From Clostridia bacterium (GTDB lineage Bacteria; Bacillota; Clostridia; Christensenellales; UBA1242): a DNA stretch of 64,000 nt. Location: the NCBI GenBank assembly GCA_041670165.1, contig JBAXZR010000001.1:52930-116929 (forward strand), read 5' to 3'. A program made the position numbers and the translations under genes. Of the stretch, positions 57,895-64,000 are shown in pieces (position 1 is the first letter of the stretch; each line of letters opens with the position of its first letter). Under the pieces are notes generated by a model. That model worked only from the letters and a program-made list of their open reading frames with translations. It searched no databases and was not told the origin of the DNA.

Positions 57895-58275
57895 TCAAGA
57901 GATTTCTCTTTCTAATTGATTATCGTTTTTTTCTTTATTAAATCTATCTTTTAATGTATTAAATTTCTCTATCATTCTAACAATGTAAGCATCTCTTTCA
58001 AGTGTTGAAAGACTTTTAAATTTTGTTTGATCAATTAATTGACCGATTGGATTTGTAACATTTTCATTTTGAGAAAAAATCTCTTTAAGTTTGGAATAAA
58101 GAAGTTCATCTTCTTCATTGCTTAATAGAACTTTTTCTTGAATGTATCGGATTTTTGGAGGGTTTTCCGTTGTTTGATTGCACACTCCACTAGATACTCT
58201 TGCATTTCTTGCAAGTCTTTTTTTTGCCTGTTCGGCAAGTAGTTTTAAATTTAGTCTTCCACTTTGTTCATACAT
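57895..58275 (-). CDS. Hypothetical protein (126 aa, charged/helical)
   Basis: AAGGGG SD upstream of the ATG. No family recognised. Confidence 0.55.
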   Translation of the reverse strand: MYEQSGRLNLKLLAEQAKKRLARNARVSSGVCNQTTENPPKIRYIQEKVLLSNEEDELLYSKLKEIFSQNENVTNPIGQLIDQTKFKSLSTLERDAYIVRMIEKFNTLKDRFNKEKNDNQLEREIS

Positions 58276-58396
58276 ATTTTTTTCCCCTTGTTAAATTTAT
58301 ACAATAAATTTATATCATTATTAGCAAAAAGCAAACGAAAAAAAATGTAATAATATAACTTGTTTTGTCGAAAAAAATTATTTAGAAATTATTATT

Positions 58397-58424
58397 AAAA
58401 AAAACAACCAATATAGGTTGTTTT
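58397..58424 (-). terminator. Rho-independent terminator after rpsU
   Basis: ACAACC (58404-58409) pairs with GGTTGT (58416-58421); the plus-strand A-run gives a T-run on the - strand. Confidence 0.7.
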
Positions 58425-58443
58425 AGGTTTAAAACTAAAAAAT

Positions 58444-58623
58444 TTATCTTTTTTTAAGTTTTTTACGGGCAGCAATGCTTTTTTCTTTAGCAGCAACGCT
58501 AGGTTTTTTATAAGCTTCTTTCTTACGAAGGTCGCCGATAATTCCGTCTTTTTGGCATTTTCTCTTAAAACGCTTAAGAGCACTTTCCAAATTTTCGTTT
58601 TCACCAACTTTGATTGTAGTCAT
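58444..58623 (-). CDS. rpsU: 30S ribosomal protein S21
   Basis: MTTIKVGENENLESALKRFKRKCQKDGI... The track ORF begins at GTG 58635, with the SD too close; ATG 58623 is preferred. Confidence 0.9.
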   Translation of the reverse strand: MTTIKVGENENLESALKRFKRKCQKDGIIGDLRKKEAYKKPSVAAKEKSIAARKKLKKR

Positions 58624-58752
58624 TCTTTTTTTCACCGCCTTTCCGTTTAAATTTCAGTGCTTAATATACATTATAACTATGCTTATGTCAATCTTTTTAT
58701 TGATATTTTTTGTGTAATGTGTTATTATAAGGCATAAATATTGAGGTTTTAT

Positions 58753-59457
58753 ATGGATAATGTTATTAATAAGAATGAGAAGAGTTGTGTTAAGAAAAAG
58801 ACGAGTCATTCAAAACTACTAGAAAAAAAATTATTAAAGCAAAAGTTTGCAGATGAAAATAAACTTGAATACACTGATAATGAAGAAGCTATTGTTGAAT
58901 GTAATATTGGTTCACTTACAAATATTTACTCTCGTTATGATATGCAAAAATCAAAAACACTTGAACCACTTTTGTTTGAATATATGATGGAAGAAACTGA
59001 TATTGTTCCACTCAACAACAATCTTCAATTAAATATGTGTGTTTATAACAACACAACAGACGAAGAAGAAGTACAAGCAAGAAAGGCTCTAAAAACTCAT
59101 TTCTCATTCAATATTGCTCGTGACAATTTTATTTTAAGAAGAAAGATTAAAAAAGGAATCATTTATTTTCTTTGCGGAATTTTAACTTTATTTCTTTCAT
59201 CTTTTGTTGTTACTCTTAACACAAAAGTACCCCTTTATGAACTCATGCTCATATTTACATGGTTTTTCTCTTGGGAAGCAAGTGATATCATTCTTATTGA
59301 ATGTAACAAAATCAAAAAACATAGACTTAATATGTTAAGACTTTACAACGCAAAAGTAATTTTTGTTCGTTCAATTGTTCCGCCAAGATCACTTATTATG
59401 GTTAAAAGAAATTCAAAAAAGACCAAGACAAAAATGGTTGTTATGGATAATCATTAA
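58753..59457 (+). CDS. Hypothetical membrane protein (two central TM helices)
   Basis: GAGG SD 6-7 nt before ATG 58753. Hydrophobic segments GIIYFLCGILTLFLSSFVVTL and LYELMLIFTWFFSW. No family recognised. Confidence 0.6.
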   Translation: MDNVINKNEKSCVKKKTSHSKLLEKKLLKQKFADENKLEYTDNEEAIVECNIGSLTNIYSRYDMQKSKTLEPLLFEYMMEETDIVPLNNNLQLNMCVYNNTTDEEEVQARKALKTHFSFNIARDNFILRRKIKKGIIYFLCGILTLFLSSFVVTLNTKVPLYELMLIFTWFFSWEASDIILIECNKIKKHRLNMLRLYNAKVIFVRSIVPPRSLIMVKRNSKKTKTKMVVMDNH

Positions 59458-59473
59458 AACATATTTAAATTTC

Positions 59474-59509
59474 AAAAAAAACTGGAAACAAATTTGTTTC
59501 CAGTTTTTT
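59474..59509 (+). terminator. Rho-independent terminator
   Basis: ACTGGAAACA (59481-59490) pairs with TGTTTCCAGT (59495-59504), followed by T6. Confidence 0.8.
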
Positions 59510-59740
59510 AAAAATTTAGGAGTTTATCTAACATAACATTTTTTTTAATCCTTACAAGATTGCCAAGGCTGTAAAAAAACTTTAATATTTATATAAATTT
59601 TTTGTTAAATAAGTCATAATTTTATAATAAATTTATACGATAGATAAATATTTAAATATAAAAAAAGCACTTTAAAATATAATTTGTGCTTTTACAAATT
59701 TAATAATTATAAGTTTTAAAATAATATACTACTTTTAATA

Positions 59741-60061
59741 TTAATAGTCTGCTAAAATGTGAACATGTAAATGGGCAATTTCTTGTCCACCCCCCGCTTT
59801 TTGATTAATTCTTAGCGAAAAACCATTTTCTATGCCAAGGATTTTTTCATATTTATGAATTGAAGCAAGTATTTCCCCAAATTCGCTTGCTTGTTTTTCT
59901 GATTGATTTTCAAGAAGTGCATAATGTTCTTTTGTTATTAACAAAAAATGTTTTAGTGCTTTTGGGTGAATGTCTTTGATGATAAAAAATTTTTCTTCAT
60001 CAACAATTTTTGTTGATGGAATTTCTCCTGAAGCTATTTTACAAAATATACAATCTTTCAT
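59741..60061 (-). CDS. HIT-family (histidine triad) nucleotide hydrolase
   Basis: CIFCKI...HLHVHIL motif. ATGA overlap with mtaB. Confidence 0.9.
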   Translation of the reverse strand: MKDCIFCKIASGEIPSTKIVDEEKFFIIKDIHPKALKHFLLITKEHYALLENQSEKQASEFGEILASIHKYEKILGIENGFSLRINQKAGGGQEIAHLHVHILADY

Positions 60062-61305
60062 TTTTTAACCTCCGAACACAACATACCATTTGGCAAAACT
60101 TGCTTAGCTAAAACTTTTATGATTTGCCCATGAACAGCATTGTTTGTTTCGCAAAAAGCATCTAGATAGTTTTCAGTTTTACCACTTACAATATTACCAT
60201 TAATTTCTTCAACAAGTAAATCAAATTCTTTATTAATACAACTGTTTTGATAATCAAGTTTCATTTTTGAAGCTATTTTTGTGATTTCCATTATTCTTTT
60301 TTTCACATCTTCAGAACAAACACTCTTCATACTTTCAGCTTTTGTTCCGCTTCTCTTTGAATATGGAAAAATGTGCATTTCATAAAATTTACATTTTAAA
60401 ATGAAATTCTTTGTTTCAAGAAATTCTTCTTCAGTCTGCTCAGGGAAACCAACAATCAAATCAGTTGTAATTGCCGCAAGCGGATAATAACTCCTAATCA
60501 AATTAATTTTTTCAAGAAATTCTTCTGGTGAATAATGCCTATTCATTCTTTCAAGTTCTGATTCACTTCCACTCTGCAAACTTAAATGAAAATGTGGACA
60601 AAAGTTTGGCATTGAAACAATTTTTTCCAAAAATTCCTTTGAAATTATGCTTTGTTCCAAACTTCCAAGCCTTATTCTTGATGGAATATCTTTAATTTTT
60701 TCAAGGAGTGTTAACAATCCGAATTGACCATTAATTTTGAAATCAGTTATATTTATGCCCGTTAAAACAATTTCACTAGAAAATTTTGAAACTTCATAGA
60801 TCTCTTTAATGATTGAATCCAAATTTCTGCTTCTACTCTTGCCTCTTAAATATGGAATTATGCAATACGAACAAAAATTTGAACAACCATCTTGAATTTT
60901 TATATAAGCTCTTGTTCTTGCTGGCATTGCCTTTGGCATTTCTTCAAACTCTTCAGGCAAATCTTTCATACAAGTTTTTTCTTCAATTCTTGACAAAAAG
61001 CTTTTACCTGCAGTTCCTATAATACTTTCTTCTTCTGAAAGATTTAAGAATTGACTTGGTTCTTTTTGTGAAGCACAACCACAAATAATAAGTTTTGCTT
61101 TTGGATTTGCTAAACTTAATTTTCGTGCAATTTGTCGTGATTTTCGTTCCGCTTCATTTGTAACGGCACATGTGCTTAACAATATTATGTCAGCTTCTTC
61201 CACATTCTTGGCTTTAAAATGTCCATTTTGAATCATATCAGCCAAAATACTTTCAGCCTCACATTGATTCACCTTACATCCAAGAGTATGCAAATATACT
61301 TTCAT
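60058..61305 (-). CDS. mtaB: tRNA (t6A37) methylthiotransferase MtaB (YqeV-like)
   Basis: MKVYLHTLGCKVNQCEAE, radical-SAM CSNFCSYCIIPYLRG, C-terminal TRAM-like region. Sits in the dnaJ-prmA-rsmE-mtaB context. Confidence 0.88.
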   Translation of the reverse strand: MKVYLHTLGCKVNQCEAESILADMIQNGHFKAKNVEEADIILLSTCAVTNEAERKSRQIARKLSLANPKAKLIICGCASQKEPSQFLNLSEEESIIGTAGKSFLSRIEEKTCMKDLPEEFEEMPKAMPARTRAYIKIQDGCSNFCSYCIIPYLRGKSRSRNLDSIIKEIYEVSKFSSEIVLTGINITDFKINGQFGLLTLLEKIKDIPSRIRLGSLEQSIISKEFLEKIVSMPNFCPHFHLSLQSGSESELERMNRHYSPEEFLEKINLIRSYYPLAAITTDLIVGFPEQTEEEFLETKNFILKCKFYEMHIFPYSKRSGTKAESMKSVCSEDVKKRIMEITKIASKMKLDYQNSCINKEFDLLVEEINGNIVSGKTENYLDAFCETNNAVHGQIIKVLAKQVLPNGMLCSEVKK

Positions 61306-61307
61306 TT

Positions 61308-62039
61308 TTAACCTCCGAGTTCAGAATATGCAAACATAACTATTGCAGAAAGTACAATTGATGCTGTTTCACATCTTAGAATTCTTTTGCCTAATGTAAC
61401 ACTTATGCCTTTGTTTTCAACAACTTTTTTGATTTCATCTTCAGAAAAACCGCCTTCGCTACCAACAATAATAGCAATTTTTTTGGCATCTTTGTTTTCT
61501 TGTAGAACTTTTGATAACGGAATTTCTTCTTCTGTTTCGTTTGCAAAAATGACTAAATCAAAAGATCCTAGCATTTCGCAAACTTTGTCAAAAATTATTG
61601 GCTCATTGGCAATCATAGAAATTGCTCTTCCACATTGTTTGCTGCTTTGAATTGCAATTTTATCCAATCTATTTTCTTTTCCATTGTTAGCTTTAACGAC
61701 TGTAAACTGACTTTCAAATGGGATTAATTCAAAAACTCCAAGTTCTGTAAGCTTTTGTGTGATTAGATCCATCTTATCACCTTTAGCAAGTGCCTGAAAA
61801 ACAGTTACTTCAGTTTTTGCTTCTGCTTCACTTTTGAAGCTAGAAAGCAAGTTTACAATTGCATATCTTTTTTCAATTTTTTCAATAATACCCTGCCAAA
61901 CAATTCCATCATTAAAACAAACTTCAATGGAATTTTTTTCATTCAATCTTAACACTGTTGTCATATGAAAAAATTCATCGCCATCAATTGTAACCAAATT
62001 ACCTTCTCTTTTTGAACTCTCAACAAAAAATCTTCTCAT
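61308..62039 (-). CDS. rsmE: 16S rRNA (U1498-N3) methyltransferase RsmE
   Basis: MRRFFVE..., SPOUT C-terminus (GKRILRCETA). ATGA overlap with the prmA stop at 62036-62039. Confidence 0.9.
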   Translation of the reverse strand: MRRFFVESSKREGNLVTIDGDEFFHMTTVLRLNEKNSIEVCFNDGIVWQGIIEKIEKRYAIVNLLSSFKSEAEAKTEVTVFQALAKGDKMDLITQKLTELGVFELIPFESQFTVVKANNGKENRLDKIAIQSSKQCGRAISMIANEPIIFDKVCEMLGSFDLVIFANETEEEIPLSKVLQENKDAKKIAIIVGSEGGFSEDEIKKVVENKGISVTLGKRILRCETASIVLSAIVMFAYSELGG

Positions 62040-62968
62040 CTTTTCTCCTTTCTCATAACCATTGAATGCCAATCGTTTTGCTTTTCTTTACTTATGATAA
62101 CAAAACCTAATTTCAAAAACTTTTCTTCCAATTCAGTCTCTCTTCCATCAATTATGCCACTTGCAAAAATCAGCCCATTATTGTTTAAAGAATCAAACAT
62201 ATCAGTTTTAATCATGTCAAGTATGTTTGCTGTAAGATTTGCTAAAATAATATCATATGTTTTGTTTTCATTTTTTTTGAAATAACCATTTTCAAATGTG
62301 CTTAGTTTTTCAACACCACTAGATAAACAATTTTTTTTAGTAATTTCAACTGCTCTTTCTTCAATGTCTATAAAGTGGCATTTTTTTGCACCAAGCTTAA
62401 TTGCTCCAATTCCAAGGATTCCACTTCCGCAACCAATATCAATTACATTTTTGTTTTCAAAACTATATTTTTGCATTCCATAAAGAATCATACTTGTTGT
62501 TTCGTGTTGCCCTGTTCCAAAGGCAATTCCGGGGTCAAGAACAATTTTAGGTTTCAAATCAAGCTCATTATTCCATGTTGGCACAATCCAAATTTTGCCA
62601 ATCTTAAATGGCTCATAAAACTTTTTCCATTCATTTATCCAAGTTGTATCATCAACATTTTCAGAAATTATTTCAAAGGAATATTCAAGCATCTCTTTTG
62701 CTTTCAATTTAAAATCATTAAGTCCAGAATTATTTTCAAAAAACAAAGTTAGAAAACATTTATTTCCATATTTTTTTTGAAGTTCAATTTGTTCTTTTGT
62801 TGCAAAAGCATTTTTGTCAACATAGTCAAATGTGTCTGAACCAGTTTCAATTTTGTCATCTTGTGGATTGTAAGTAGAAATTCCGCTTGCACCACATTCA
62901 AAGAGCAAGTAAGTTGCCAAATCTTCATCTTTTGGGTCAATAATTACTGTAATTTTTTCATATTTCAT
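62036..62968 (-). CDS. prmA: Ribosomal protein L11 methyltransferase
   Basis: DPGIAFGTGQHETT and the SAM motif IDIGCGSGILGI. Confidence 0.93.
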   Translation of the reverse strand: MKYEKITVIIDPKDEDLATYLLFECGASGISTYNPQDDKIETGSDTFDYVDKNAFATKEQIELQKKYGNKCFLTLFFENNSGLNDFKLKAKEMLEYSFEIISENVDDTTWINEWKKFYEPFKIGKIWIVPTWNNELDLKPKIVLDPGIAFGTGQHETTSMILYGMQKYSFENKNVIDIGCGSGILGIGAIKLGAKKCHFIDIEERAVEITKKNCLSSGVEKLSTFENGYFKKNENKTYDIILANLTANILDMIKTDMFDSLNNNGLIFASGIIDGRETELEEKFLKLGFVIISKEKQNDWHSMVMRKEKR

Positions 62969-63182
62969 TCAAATATTATAGCACAAAATTTAATTTCTTG
63001 TAATTATTATTTCTATATTTTTTTATTATCCATTAAATATAATATCATTTCAGTTCTTTTTTATTTAGATTGAAATATTTATTCAATTTTTCGTTTATTT
63101 TATGAAAAAAAATCATTTTAAGTTTAACATCTATTTTGGTTTAGATATTTATTTATGTTTAAAAATGGAAATTAATTTCACG

Positions 63183-63210
63183 AAAAAGCGGAAAAGATTT
63201 CTTTTCCGCT
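63183..63210 (-). terminator. Rho-independent terminator after dnaJ
   Basis: AGCGGAAAAG (63187-63196) pairs with CTTTTCCGCT (63201-63210); the T-run is on the - strand. Confidence 0.75.
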
Positions 63211-63250
63211 TCAACTTGGCTTGTGGTTTTCGTTCACAAAACTATTATGG

Positions 63251-64000
63251 TTATCTTTGATTTACTTTATCCAAATATGATTTATATTTTGTAAAGTTTG
63301 TTGCACCAAGAGTGCTTTGAATTTGCATTAAATGTTCTTTTGTTTCTCTGTCTAAAGATTTAGGAACTTCAGCGATGATTGTAACAATCAAATCACCCTT
63401 AGAATTTTTGTTAAGAACTTTTATACCTTTGTTTTTTAAACGCATAATTGTTCCGCTTTGGGTAAGTTCTTTAATCTCTAAATATTCTTTTCCTTCAAGA
63501 CAAGGGATTTCAATTTTGCCACCTAAAAGTGCAGTTGTGAAAGGAACAAAAAGATCAAGATACAAATCATAGCCTTCTCGTCTAAAAATTTTGTGTGGCA
63601 ACACATCAACAACAATGTGCAAACTTCCGTTTTGTCCAACTCCGCCAGTTGGCGCATTTCCTTTGCCACGCATTGTTATTGTTTGCCCAGCATCAATACC
63701 GGCAGGAATATCAATGTTTATTGTCTGATTTGTTTTAACAGTACCTTTACCGTTACATGTGGCACATTTCTCTTTAATTATTCTTCCACTTCCGCCACAT
63801 GATGGACAAGGTCCCATAGAAACAGAATCTCCAAATATTGTTCTTTTGAGAGTTTCAACAACTCCTCTACCATTACAATGAGAGCAAGTTTGAAATTCTT
63901 TCCCATTTTTTGCACCTGTACCACCGCAAGCAGAACATTTGTCAATTTTGGGAATCACAAAGCTTTTTGAACAACCAAAGGCTGCTTCTTCAAAAGTAAG
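63251..64000 (-). CDS. dnaJ: Chaperone DnaJ, C-terminal part (5' end beyond the window edge)
   Basis: Four CxxCxGxG zinc repeats (CSACGGTG, CSHCNGRG, CPSCGGSG, CATCNGKG) and the C-terminal substrate-binding domains. The frame stays open to nt 64000. Confidence 0.93.
   Translation of the reverse strand, partial: LTFEEAAFGCSKSFVIPKIDKCSACGGTGAKNGKEFQTCSHCNGRGVVETLKRTIFGDSVSMGPCPSCGGSGRIIKEKCATCNGKGTVKTNQTINIDIPAGIDAGQTITMRGKGNAPTGGVGQNGSLHIVVDVLPHKIFRREGYDLYLDLFVPFTTALLGGKIEIPCLEGKEYLEIKELTQSGTIMRLKNKGIKVLNKNSKGDLIVTIIAEVPKSLDRETKEHLMQIQSTLGATNFTKYKSYLDKVNQR

Noticed and set aside
1-64000. Alternative genetic code (TGA recoding), considered because of the very low GC content.
   Set aside because: TGA closes well-conserved genes at their expected ends and takes part in ATGA stop/start overlaps (rimO/pgsA, prmA/rsmE, mtaB/HIT). 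This is consistent with the standard bacterial code.

Overview
Visibly AT-rich, densely packed chromosome segment from a low-GC endospore-forming Firmicute (Clostridia/Bacilli-like). I cannot name the organism. Nearly all of it is housekeeping, arranged in blocks syntenic with Bacillus subtilis as I recall that order. On the + strand: ftsK(5' partial)-rimO-pgsA-cinA-recA, then miaB-mutS-mutL-miaA plus a YnbB-like PLP enzyme. lexA and a tyrosine recombinase lie on the - strand, followed by serS on +. On the - strand: rny; a Phe T-box leader followed by pheS-pheT, a cysteine desulfurase and thiI; xseB-xseA-nusB-asp23; the full spoIIIAA-AH operon; efp; rpoZ-priA-def-fmt-rlmN-rsgA-rpe; ligA-pcrA; rpsU; and dnaJ(partial)-prmA-rsmE-mtaB-HIT. 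rpmB is on +. There is one tRNA-Trp(CCA). I see no rRNA, no CRISPR array and no clear mobile element. TGA is used as a stop, including in ATGA overlaps, so the code is standard. The only accessory-looking stretch is about 20.9-29.9 kb. It holds a basic-insert hypothetical protein, a 745-bp gene-free convergent spacer with six direct repeats, a DUF45-like metalloprotease divergent from a membrane-anchored PadR-like regulator with an ABC-2 transporter, rnhA, and a helical-repeat hypothetical. Other points of note:
- a 23-codon ORF missing from the track that looks like spoVM
- a miaB without a TRAM domain
- two candidate leaderless mRNAs (miaB, rnhA)
- a variant SOS box at lexA
- a sigmaE-type promoter with two SpoIIID-like boxes at spoIIIA
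- several genes missing from otherwise conserved operons
No complete, obviously novel multi-gene system is demonstrable by eye. The best candidates are flagged with modest scores.
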